Source: an uncultured Planctomycetaceae bacterium
GTDB taxonomy: Bacteria; Planctomycetota; Planctomycetia; Isosphaerales; Isosphaeraceae
Direction of reading: 5' to 3'
Assembly (NCBI GenBank): GCA_963833985.1
Contig: CAWIAD010000002.1
Location: 2,048,001 to 2,112,000, forward strand
DNA: 64,000 bases
A model generated the notes under the pieces. That model searched no databases and was not told the origin of the DNA. It saw only the letters and a program-made list of their open reading frames with translations. The position numbers and the translations under genes are program-made. Positions within the stretch are counted from its first letter, which is position 1. Each line of letters begins with the position of its first letter. Of this stretch, positions 31,559-40,932 are shown in pieces.

Positions 31559-32683
31559 GTGAGGAACCTGGATGAACTGAAGTCGGAGTGTGCCAGCCAT
31601 GGAATCACCGTCGCGTCTGAGGGGCGTGTAAGTAAAGGGCCCTACATCACTGCCCTGCGAGATCACTTCTGGCAACAGCACCACCATGGACAGCCTTTCC
31701 CGCCCCAGATACACCCCATGCTACTGGGTAAATGGGCCGACCTTGATCCCGCCGAGGTTCAACGAATCGAGGAAGAACCGGGCTGGATAGTCCAACCCAA
31801 ACTGGACGGCGTTCGAGCCCTCATGCACATCGAATCCTCAGGGATCCGGATCACCAGTCGATGTGTCAGCGAGGTCACCTACCGTCTGGGCGAATTTCAG
31901 GACAATCTGCCCCACTTGACGACTGGAATGTCAGGCCTCGAAGGAACGATCCTGGATGGCGAATTGGTCTTTCCGTCATCGACGTTGGACACCGGCAAAA
32001 CCCTGGCCCAACATCCTCTCCAGGCAGCCACGGCCATCCTGTCGACCAAGCCGGATCAAGCCAGGAGATTGCAAGATAGAGTTGAGACCCGACTACGATT
32101 CCATGCTTTCGACATCCTGAAATACTGCGGCGAAGACCAGACCAGGCTCCCTCTCCGGCATCGTCTCGATCTCTTGTCAGAAGCCCTCGCCACGGCAACC
32201 AATCCATTCCTGGAAGTGGTGCCGAGTTTCGTCATCGGCCGTCTGAACGTTCACCAACGCATTCTGGAAGCCGGTGGTGAAGGAACCGTCTGGAAGCAGC
32301 TGGACCAGCCCTACGAACCAGGTCGCCGAGTGGGTCACTGGCTCAAACGCAAGCACGAACTGACCGTGGAAGCCGTCGTCATCGGTTCTAAGCCCGGAAC
32401 CCTTGGATACGGACATGAGAGTCTAGTCGGGGCCGTCGAATTCGGTGTCCAACTCAGCGACGGTTCTGTGAGACCCATAGGGTGGGTGAGCAGTTGGAGC
32501 GATTCCGAACGCCGGGGGATGACCCAGATTCACTCCACCGGGAAACCCGAACTCGACCCGACTTATCTCGGCCGTCGAGCCCTAATAACTGGCCAAGATG
32601 AGTCAGTCCGCTCTGGACGACTTCGCCATGCCCGGTTCGGTCGGTGGCTTGGAGACGCAGAGGCAACGAATGAGCCAGGTTAG
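31559..32683 (+). CDS. ATP-dependent DNA ligase
   Basis: Motif I KLDG, III LDGE, IIIa FHAFD, IV EGTVWK, V WLKRK; OB-fold tail LRHARF; GAGGAG RBS. Confidence 0.85.
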   Translation: MRNLDELKSECASHGITVASEGRVSKGPYITALRDHFWQQHHHGQPFPPQIHPMLLGKWADLDPAEVQRIEEEPGWIVQPKLDGVRALMHIESSGIRITSRCVSEVTYRLGEFQDNLPHLTTGMSGLEGTILDGELVFPSSTLDTGKTLAQHPLQAATAILSTKPDQARRLQDRVETRLRFHAFDILKYCGEDQTRLPLRHRLDLLSEALATATNPFLEVVPSFVIGRLNVHQRILEAGGEGTVWKQLDQPYEPGRRVGHWLKRKHELTVEAVVIGSKPGTLGYGHESLVGAVEFGVQLSDGSVRPIGWVSSWSDSERRGMTQIHSTGKPELDPTYLGRRALITGQDESVRSGRLRHARFGRWLGDAEATNEPG

Positions 32684-35600
32684 ACGCTCGTGTCGGGCGG
32701 GCACGACTTGTCGATCCAAACGTGTAGCTTGACACGAAGTTCTTCGACCATCTTCCTGGGCAGTGGGATGTACCGAACTCCCGCCTCTTTCCCCTCGGAG
32801 CCTCGATCTGAGTCGGCTGCTTCGGCATCGGATGCCAAATCTCCCCCAGTCAGGACCTCGAAAGTCTGTGAGCGGAGTCTCAACTCCTCGTACATCCTCT
32901 CGTCATAAGTTCCCGCGAGGAAGGGTACACCCACTTCTAGATAACTGGACTCACCATCCGACAGTAGCGACCGCTCGCGAAACGCCTTGCTGCCAATGCG
33001 ATCCACCCTTCCCGTCCGCTGTTCGAGGATCGCCGGGTTCCAGGCAAGATCGTGATGAACCACATGGCGGCAATGGCGGTGCAGGTCGATTCCCTCCTGG
33101 CCGACTTGGGTGCAAATCAGTACCTCAGGCAATAGGGGGGTATTGAAGCCGGAAAAGACCCTCAGTCGGCTCCTATCGTCTGTCCGCCCAGAGACCAGGG
33201 TGACGTGCCGCTGGTCGCGAAGGCTGGTCGAATCGAACAAGGCGAACCTCGCCGACCGTGAATCCTTGATGTCACCACTGGCGGACAGCAGGTCTTCAAG
33301 GAAGACCGCGATTCGACTTGCCATAGATTCCTGCTGGTTTCGCAATGGCTTGAGGAACGACTCGACCAAAAGTTCGCCCCAGCCCGACTCTTCCCGCTCG
33401 CTCCTGTCGGGCAAGAGCCTCAACAAAACGGACTCTCGAAAGACGACACGCCTCATTGCCTGAAAAACGCGACGTCGAGCTTCCCAGTCATGCTCTCCTT
33501 CAGACCAGGATAGACTATGTACCTGTTCGTGAACGCTCCTCAGGACTCTCTCGATTGCCTGGTCGCTCCCCCCAAAGCTCGAATCCAATGGCAGCCGAGG
33601 TGGTGAGCCGGCCCATAGGCTTGGGCCTTCACAGTAAGTGTCGAGGATCGACGTCTGCCCTTTCTCCTTCGCCCGTTGCCGCCTCTCCTTCAACTCTTCC
33701 GCGACCTTTTCTATCTCACCCAATTTGGGCAAGGATTCCTCGGAATAAAGGGTGTGCACGCCACGATCGTCGAACTGAGCTAGGTCCCCGCCAAAGGAAT
33801 CGTGGTCCGTGGTGGGGGAAAGCCCGTAAGGACCTCGAATCCAATCCTCCCGGGCCACACGAGAAAGTAAGTCTGCGAGGGGACCGGTCGTGTTGAGCTT
33901 TTGGATTTGACGTCGAGCAAGGATGTGTTCGGTAGCCCGGTGGAGAAACACGCGATCGACCCTCTCAGCAAGAAGGTCGATCCTATAACGCAGGGATAAT
34001 TCCGCAAGTATCTCGAGTTCCTCATCGCGTAAGCGGAAATCGTCCAGACCGAGTTCTGATTCCGAAGAGCTGGCGAGTGCTGGAGACCAAGGAATCGACC
34101 ACAAAACTCGGTCGAGACCGATCACCACCAAGTCCCTGTCCCGCCCTGTGAGCCGGCTGCGGAGGGCCTTGAGTGATTCGGGTCCTCCCATGCAATGTTC
34201 TCGACGCTGATTCAGTTCTTTCCGGATCCTGTCCTCAATGATGGCCTCGAGACGCTCCGCGGTGTTGGTTCGGAAACAGAAAATCAAGGTCTTTTCGCCG
34301 TGTCTCCAATTCCTAACTGTGGCCTCGACTACTTCGTGGACCTTGGGGTGTTTTCTGTCCCGTTTTTCGTTCACCATCCGTCCTAAGAGGCCAAGGTATA
34401 GCTTCCCCAGAGCCGATTCGGACAGCTTTTTCCTGATGGTCTGACCTTCCGATCCACACATCAAGGTAGAGTAACAACCGGTCAGTGAATTGCCGAGTGC
34501 CGTTCGCCCCTTGCCTCCCTTCATTTCGGACACACAACGCATCAACAAGTAGTGGGGAAGCTCACCATCGCCTCGGACGTCGATTCCAGGGGATGCGTGG
34601 AGGATGTGCTGATCCGGGCGATGTTTCAACTCCTCAAGGCGATGCCGGTACTCATCACCCACCTGGACGAATCGATGATCTGTTTGTCGTCTATGGCGAA
34701 TGACCAACGCTCCGAGCACCTGAGAGAGAACCAAGTTGCGGATCAACAACCGAAGTCCCTCGCGGATCAGTTGGCGGACCACTGGCTCGACATCTCGGGT
34801 TGCACCCTGGATCATTGCCTCATCATCCACTTCCGATGCTCCGCTGGCACGGCTTATCTTGTTGCTCAGTGCATGTCGGCAGGAGACAATCTCCGGCGAA
34901 TTCCAGACGGCCTCGATCTGACCCTGCGTCACATGGTCTGGAAGTCGCGACCAAGTCCGTGAGAAGGACCGACTACTCCGCTCTGCTTGATCCAGGGCTG
35001 GATGGACTACCAACTCCCGGTGAGTACGAAGCCGCTTGTGGCGAATTTCCGATTCAACCCGATCGGGGGATGCCCTTAGAAGATCACCGACCTTCAGGAT
35101 CTCAAGCATCTCTGACGGCCGGAGTTGGAATGGTGTGGCTGTGAGCAATAGGACCCTTCGCATTCGGCCGTTCAATAGACTCTTAAACCTTCGATAGCCA
35201 TTGACCCCCATCGCGGGGCCATTCTTCCAGTTGTGGGCCTCGTCAACAATTACTAGGGGCAGTGATTTCAGTATCAGATAACGCATCAGCCGTCTGTAAA
35301 CGTCAGTAAGTCCCTCCGCTACCTCATTGAACGCTTCTCTCCTCCCTCGGAAACCCGGAGTACCAATATTCCTGCAGCGTTCGAGCAGCTCCTCGACGCA
35401 GGCTTCACGAGCGTTCAGTCTCTTGAGGGCATTCAGGAGTTCTTGCGACTTGAATTGAAGGCGGACAGCCTCCTCTGTGCTCATCCTGAGGAGGAGACGC
35501 CCATCGGAAGGCCAACCTTCAGGGGCCCCCTTGAGTAGGAGTCGCCGTCGGGAATGATTGAACCGTGCCCCCCAGAAGCGGAAGAGTAAACCCAGGAGGA

Positions 35601-36129
35601 ACTGTCTCTTCACGTTGAGATGAAGCAGCCTCCCACCATCGAAGATACCCATGTTGGCGATGATGAGCTGAGGACCCGAGCCCGGTCGGCGTAGTGCCTG
35701 AATAAGTTCGTCTAAACGGTCTACGGGGTTTGGGGCGAACCATCGTGCCGCTTCATTCTGGAATCGGGTCTCAACGCATCTCTTGACGAACTCACTGACT
35801 TCGAGCCGCCACTTTGAGAACAGAGCAGAATTCGTCGGAGTGATAACTAGCACACGCTGGTAGCAATTCTTCAGATCATTCTCCGGTAACCCGTCCTGCA
35901 TCGCCCGGAGCAAGGAATAGGCAGTGCCCAGGGCGACGAAAGTTTTCCCCATCCCCACTTCATCGGCCAGCACTTGGATCTCCCAACGCTGGTCCGGGTC
36001 GTGGTGGAAGAACCGATCGAGCAAGACCTGGACGGTCGCCTCCTGCCTTCGTGCGTCCCTGGGGTCCTTGATACGAGTATGATCCCTCCCGAGATCGAAT
36101 TGGTCAGACCGCGATATCATTGGAGTCAA
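32680..36129 (-). CDS. SF2/SNF2-like helicase (Azaca ZacC-like)
   Basis: LADEVGMGKT, DEAH, LTATP, HPKV, VGQEGIDLH and EQRTGRVDR motifs. Confidence 0.85.
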   Translation of the reverse strand: MTPMISRSDQFDLGRDHTRIKDPRDARRQEATVQVLLDRFFHHDPDQRWEIQVLADEVGMGKTFVALGTAYSLLRAMQDGLPENDLKNCYQRVLVITPTNSALFSKWRLEVSEFVKRCVETRFQNEAARWFAPNPVDRLDELIQALRRPGSGPQLIIANMGIFDGGRLLHLNVKRQFLLGLLFRFWGARFNHSRRRLLLKGAPEGWPSDGRLLLRMSTEEAVRLQFKSQELLNALKRLNAREACVEELLERCRNIGTPGFRGRREAFNEVAEGLTDVYRRLMRYLILKSLPLVIVDEAHNWKNGPAMGVNGYRRFKSLLNGRMRRVLLLTATPFQLRPSEMLEILKVGDLLRASPDRVESEIRHKRLRTHRELVVHPALDQAERSSRSFSRTWSRLPDHVTQGQIEAVWNSPEIVSCRHALSNKISRASGASEVDDEAMIQGATRDVEPVVRQLIREGLRLLIRNLVLSQVLGALVIRHRRQTDHRFVQVGDEYRHRLEELKHRPDQHILHASPGIDVRGDGELPHYLLMRCVSEMKGGKGRTALGNSLTGCYSTLMCGSEGQTIRKKLSESALGKLYLGLLGRMVNEKRDRKHPKVHEVVEATVRNWRHGEKTLIFCFRTNTAERLEAIIEDRIRKELNQRREHCMGGPESLKALRSRLTGRDRDLVVIGLDRVLWSIPWSPALASSSESELGLDDFRLRDEELEILAELSLRYRIDLLAERVDRVFLHRATEHILARRQIQKLNTTGPLADLLSRVAREDWIRGPYGLSPTTDHDSFGGDLAQFDDRGVHTLYSEESLPKLGEIEKVAEELKERRQRAKEKGQTSILDTYCEGPSLWAGSPPRLPLDSSFGGSDQAIERVLRSVHEQVHSLSWSEGEHDWEARRRVFQAMRRVVFRESVLLRLLPDRSEREESGWGELLVESFLKPLRNQQESMASRIAVFLEDLLSASGDIKDSRSARFALFDSTSLRDQRHVTLVSGRTDDRSRLRVFSGFNTPLLPEVLICTQVGQEGIDLHRHCRHVVHHDLAWNPAILEQRTGRVDRIGSKAFRERSLLSDGESSYLEVGVPFLAGTYDERMYEELRLRSQTFEVLTGGDLASDAEAADSDRGSEGKEAGVRYIPLPRKMVEELRVKLHVWIDKSCPPDTSV

Positions 36130-38240
36130 GCCTGATGACGGTAATGTTGACGAATCGTACTTGCGAAGAGCCTGAATTCCCGCGGAAGCTCCTCACGGAA
36201 CCCTTCCTCGAGCTTGGTGAGCATCCCTTGCACTCGGCCTATCGCCTGTCCGAGAAGATCGGTCCAGTCCGCCCGGTTCGGGGGATCGCCGAAACCTCGT
36301 GCTTTCTCGAGGCAACCTAGGATCTCGACGAGCTGGAACCCGGCTGCGGTCGGTGAACGTCTCTTCTCCGTCGCGGCGTCGAAGACCTGTCGGGCCAGGG
36401 AGACCGGGCTTACCGCACCCAGAAGGGCATGCCGCATACATCCACGAGAAGAGCTGGCGGCGGCCTTGAGGTCGTCAGTGAGCCCCTTCAAGGCCTCGAT
36501 GAATTCCCGAACAATGTAAGACTGGATTCGAGACGTGTCGACGCCACTTCGTTCACTGGGATTCTCATCCGGGCTACCTGGATTCTTTGGACTCTCGGGG
36601 TCTGGGAAGAGCTCCTCCCAGGCAATCCGACCCTGGTAGTAGGCGATGAGATGGCCTTCGTTGATTCGTCCACCCTCTGGACTGATCGGAAGCGAAGCCC
36701 GGGCCTCAATGTCGACATTCAGAGGAATTGGGCGGCCTTCAGGGCAATGCCACCAGGAGACAACGACCTCCTGCACTCCGAGAAGCCGACGTAGATGATC
36801 GGCACGTAGTGGGATTCGAAACTCTGACTTAGACCCCTCCTGAGCCTCGATCGACGACCAGATAAGCTCTTCCGGCGTGCTGCCCTGGGCGGCGATTGAG
36901 ACATTCCAGCTCCCCTCGACCTGGCTGGAATCGACCAATAGTCGTAGCTCTAGCGTATCCTGATCGAGCATAGAGGGCGACAACAGGACCGCGGTAAGGA
37001 ATCCGGGCCAGGGACTTTCCTCGGGTGAGGGCTCCGGTGTAACGAGTCTTCCTCCCCCAGTCCCGTCCAGCCGAACCGGCCGTCCTGCTCCCGCAGGGAT
37101 CAAGCCATTAAGGCCAGGGCGAGCGTCCCCGGTCTGCCTGATGACGATCCCCGCTTCGATGTTGGCCAGGAGGGGGTCCGAAAGAAATCCCCAGCCGTGA
37201 CGGGTGAAATTCGCGGATCCCAGATAAGCCAGCGAGGTCACATCACCCTCGACGATGACGACCTTGGCGTGGAGGCCGCGTAGTGCCGATAGTCCTGACC
37301 CAAGCCCGATCTCCGATGCCGGAACCCGAGGGTCGACAGCGATCGCTACTCCGTCGACCCCGATTGTCCGGGTATCAAAGGCTCGGAAGGAAGCGGGGAG
37401 TCTTGGCTTGAAGGTTCCTCCCGTGTCCGGTGCCGCGTCGGTGAACAGTTCGAGCACCGAAGGTTTCGCCAGTTGGCCCCTGCTTCGAAGCCTTAAGACA
37501 AGCGAGTGGATGGGGCCATTCTCGTCTTCCTCGGACCAGAACGGTGACACAATACGTATGTATCTGACCTGTTCACCTGATGGCCACCTGCTCATGAACT
37601 GGTCGAAGAGGCTCTCTCCACCGCCACCCCACACGAACCATCGTTCGTCCTTCCCGGAGTGCTCAGCCCACCCGCGGAGCCTCGACATGGTCTCCGCGGA
37701 GAGGTTCGTGGCACTGATCGTCGAGCAATTCTCACAGAGCGTACGGAGATTATCGAGAGCGTCGGCGATAAGGGCTGATTCTCTGGGTCGTTGGGGAGTT
37801 GCTGTTAGAACCGCTACGATCTCGCGGTTCCGCCGATAGCCTGGTTCTGTGAGATTGGCACTGCCAATGATCATGCGGACGGCCTTCGTGTAAACGGCCA
37901 CGAAGATCTTCGCGTGCAGTAGTCGCCTCGCTCCCGAAGGGTGTAAGGGATTGATCTCAACCCTCAGTGAACGGGGCCGGCCCTGGTAGGCTCGGGCGTC
38001 AAGCAGCACGACGGCGGCTTCAATTTCTGCCAACCGCCTCTCGAGGGTGATACGACTCGTCCAGCTCCGATCATCCCAGGCACCGAGTCCGAACAGGGTA
38101 GGAAGCAGATCTGTCTCCAGGAACTCAGGTTGCATCTCGTATGTCGTTGCCAAGAAGCCTACCAACTGACCCATGACCGGCTCGGGTCGGAGTCGGTCCA
38201 TCAGTCTCTTGGAATCCAGGGTCCCCGGTGACTTCTTCAT
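36126..38240 (-). CDS. Phospholipase D-family nuclease with two HKD-like motifs (ZacB-like)
   Basis: HAK...GSANLT and HAK...GSANFT..N.E; overlaps both neighbours by 4 bp. Confidence 0.82.
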   Translation of the reverse strand: MKKSPGTLDSKRLMDRLRPEPVMGQLVGFLATTYEMQPEFLETDLLPTLFGLGAWDDRSWTSRITLERRLAEIEAAVVLLDARAYQGRPRSLRVEINPLHPSGARRLLHAKIFVAVYTKAVRMIIGSANLTEPGYRRNREIVAVLTATPQRPRESALIADALDNLRTLCENCSTISATNLSAETMSRLRGWAEHSGKDERWFVWGGGGESLFDQFMSRWPSGEQVRYIRIVSPFWSEEDENGPIHSLVLRLRSRGQLAKPSVLELFTDAAPDTGGTFKPRLPASFRAFDTRTIGVDGVAIAVDPRVPASEIGLGSGLSALRGLHAKVVIVEGDVTSLAYLGSANFTRHGWGFLSDPLLANIEAGIVIRQTGDARPGLNGLIPAGAGRPVRLDGTGGGRLVTPEPSPEESPWPGFLTAVLLSPSMLDQDTLELRLLVDSSQVEGSWNVSIAAQGSTPEELIWSSIEAQEGSKSEFRIPLRADHLRRLLGVQEVVVSWWHCPEGRPIPLNVDIEARASLPISPEGGRINEGHLIAYYQGRIAWEELFPDPESPKNPGSPDENPSERSGVDTSRIQSYIVREFIEALKGLTDDLKAAASSSRGCMRHALLGAVSPVSLARQVFDAATEKRRSPTAAGFQLVEILGCLEKARGFGDPPNRADWTDLLGQAIGRVQGMLTKLEEGFREELPREFRLFASTIRQHYRHQA

Positions 38241-39607
38241 AGTCCTTTCGCCGCTCGAATCAGTGAATCCGCCGACGAGAGTCGGTAGGGATGAGGTGCG
38301 ATTTGGGAGGGGTCGCCCACTTCATGATCTAACCCACCGACGCGGGTCATCGTCAGGTTGATGCGTCCGGAGACCATCTCCAGCCAAGGCATCTTCCGAC
38401 GTCCACGATCAAACTTGCCCCGCTGGACGTCGGAGTGTCGATTAACCAGTTCGATGCAAAGCTCAGGTACTGAAGGGGCTATGGAGGCCCGCTCGAGGAA
38501 CTGGCGTGTATCGTTCAGGCGTTCCGGGTGATCCAGGAACTGGCCCGTGAGTGACGCGTCAATTACCTGACATAATCCGGCCGTGGCTCGCGTAAGCCGT
38601 TCGTGGACAAGCTTCAATGTCGCGTCCCCTACGGCTTCCCGAACAGGGACGGCAGCTGAGGGCACCGTTCTGCAGAGCCAGAGGAGCCTCTCGAACCCAA
38701 GTAACGAGAGCCGGTAGCACTCCTCGTAGGCGAGGATGCACTGAACTGCCTCGAAGAGATCTCTGTTCTTGGCCGTCCCACCCAGGACTGGAAGGAGTCT
38801 TTTCATCCGTTCCAGCTCGGTCTCATTGCTGTCCCAAACGGGATGCTTCGAGAGAACAAGAGCCATTCTCGAGCGAAGTGGATCCCGGTGAAGCACCTCG
38901 TCGAAACAACTCGCCTCTGTTCTCGTCATCTTGCACGACACATGGGCCTTACGTCCCCACTCGATGAGTTGAACTATGGCAATGTCGCCACCGACACGTA
39001 CTGCCTTGACCAATGCATTGGGTGCGTCCGTCTCATTCAGGAAACCCTCTGCCAGGCGTTCGCCGAGGTCAGGTGTCAGGCACAAGGTCTTCCGCTCAAG
39101 AAACCTCATGCCTTCGGCGACTGCTCCGTAGATTCCAATCACCCCGTAGGGAACCTGCCTGGAGAGGAGCGGAAAGTCGGAATCGACCCGGCGGGAGCCT
39201 GAACTCAGTACTATGCCTGCCTCATCCTGGGCATAGGTGATCCCCCGTATTCCCAAGGTCGAAAGCCCATCCTCACCATCCCGGTCACTCGCAAGAACGT
39301 TCGCCAAGGCCCAGAAACGTTCGATCCGCTGAACGCAGTCCAGCCTCTTTTGATACTGATCTCTTGGACTGTCCGCTGTACCTATTTCGGCCAGATATGC
39401 CCCCGAGCAAAGGACCGAGAAGTACCGGGGGCGATCGGCCACGTTCGTCAAACCAGGAAGGATCTTGTCGGCGAGATGGAGGTAACCACGCTCAAAACCG
39501 AGAGGGTCTATGCTGGAACCCGGCAGGTCGGACGGGTCGTAAGAGGTCAAGAAAAGGGTGAGGCCCAAGGCCTCGGGATCCATTCTCATGCCGGAAACCG
39601 AGGACAT
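38237..39607 (-). CDS. Hypothetical defence protein (DUF6361/ZacA-like)
   Basis: DPLG...LADKILPGLTNVADRPRYF N-terminal motif; first gene of the coupled trio; GGAGG RBS. Confidence 0.6.
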   Translation of the reverse strand: MSSVSGMRMDPEALGLTLFLTSYDPSDLPGSSIDPLGFERGYLHLADKILPGLTNVADRPRYFSVLCSGAYLAEIGTADSPRDQYQKRLDCVQRIERFWALANVLASDRDGEDGLSTLGIRGITYAQDEAGIVLSSGSRRVDSDFPLLSRQVPYGVIGIYGAVAEGMRFLERKTLCLTPDLGERLAEGFLNETDAPNALVKAVRVGGDIAIVQLIEWGRKAHVSCKMTRTEASCFDEVLHRDPLRSRMALVLSKHPVWDSNETELERMKRLLPVLGGTAKNRDLFEAVQCILAYEECYRLSLLGFERLLWLCRTVPSAAVPVREAVGDATLKLVHERLTRATAGLCQVIDASLTGQFLDHPERLNDTRQFLERASIAPSVPELCIELVNRHSDVQRGKFDRGRRKMPWLEMVSGRINLTMTRVGGLDHEVGDPSQIAPHPYRLSSADSLIRAAKGL

Positions 39608-40173
39608 TAGTGATTACCTCCATGTGCGAACGCTCATGGTTCGATAGCACTCGTCGCTTCCTCAAGGGTACACGCCAATTCGCAATCATGCAATTGCTTG
39701 CCATCATAAGCTCTGGTCGAGAAATGGGGTCGCTTGGCCGACCAAACGGGAACAGTGAGCTGATCATTGCGGAGCCTGTGGGCAGACTTCGAACCGTGCA
39801 AACTGTCGGGGTTCCGGTGCCACGGAGCGGTCACATGTTTGTATGGGCCCTGCTCTCGGCACGAATCTCAGTTGAAGTGCTCGCAAGCCCTTGCAGAATC
39901 GGTGAATTGTCGCCGAGAACCGAGTAAGCTAGTGTTAGAAGAATACCGGTCGGTGGTTAGACCGGGTGCGACGACAAGCAAGCTCCAGGCCGGCTACCGT
40001 GAGGCTCCGCGACAAAGCCCACAGCCTTAGAAGCATGAGCCCATGCCTTTTGTGCTAATAGCTGTTGCCAAGCCGGCTTATCGAATTTTGCTGATACCGG
40101 ATCGGCGAGCCTCTCGAGCCATGAGTGACCTATTGCCTCATCCTGCGTCGTCAATCGATGGAATGCTTGACCC

Positions 40174-40932
40174 ATGAAAGACCAAGTAGACGAGCAGACA
40201 GATGGTCTCATCTTAGCCGCTTTGAAAAGAGCGATTATCCGTGGAAAGCCCATACGCCTTATCGAGACCGGCAAAGGCGAAGGGCTCTTCCCGAAGGAAC
40301 TCGAGGGGCGGGTTAGGGACCATTGTATCTCGGAACTAGCACTCTTCTTGGAGGTTGAATCCACGGCGAGCTCCAGGGCGAAAGAAGTCGTGCCCGGCCC
40401 TGGAGCAATCGATTACCTCGCCAAGCACCTTGAAGCAGGCGAGGTCTCTCGACTCCTATCCGATGGATTGGAAGAGGTCGCCAAACGCATCAGGGAAATA
40501 GCTGGAAAGTGGGCCGTTGTCGTCTCGCAGAACGACGCCACTCAACGGCACTTGTCAGAGCTCCGTGATCGGGCATTGGAGGTCCAAGCCTGCCGTCGGA
40601 AGCAGTTGGAGGCACAGATAGCTGATGAACCTCTGCAGTCAGTTACACAGTCAGACTTCGATTTCCTCTGCCGCGTGGGAGTGCATCTTGTCAATGCCTG
40701 GTCGCAGGCAGACAACTCCGCCGTCAAGTCGCAGTACGAGTCGGTGCTCCTCAATGGCGGCTTCAGACCGATCGGAGAAGTTGAGGAACAATTGACTTTT
40801 TCGGCAAAGCTACATGAGAGCCCCCGACCATTATTCCCTGGTGATCCGGCGATCGTTGAACGACCGGGCTGGATGGCACCGCAACTCAAGGCCCAGTTTG
40901 TATTACTCAAGGCCAGGGTCAGGCCGGCATGA
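40174..40932 (+). CDS. Coiled-coil protein with GrpE-like C-terminal beta domain
   Basis: PIGEVEEQLTFSAKLHE...IVERPGW...VLLKARV matches the GrpE F.P..HE / V...G...LR.A.V pattern. Confidence 0.65.
   Translation: MKDQVDEQTDGLILAALKRAIIRGKPIRLIETGKGEGLFPKELEGRVRDHCISELALFLEVESTASSRAKEVVPGPGAIDYLAKHLEAGEVSRLLSDGLEEVAKRIREIAGKWAVVVSQNDATQRHLSELRDRALEVQACRRKQLEAQIADEPLQSVTQSDFDFLCRVGVHLVNAWSQADNSAVKSQYESVLLNGGFRPIGEVEEQLTFSAKLHESPRPLFPGDPAIVERPGWMAPQLKAQFVLLKARVRPA

Noticed and set aside
15009..32683. Prophage or conjugative ICE
   Set aside because: No terminase, capsid, tail, relaxase, T4SS or integrase motifs recognised in the window
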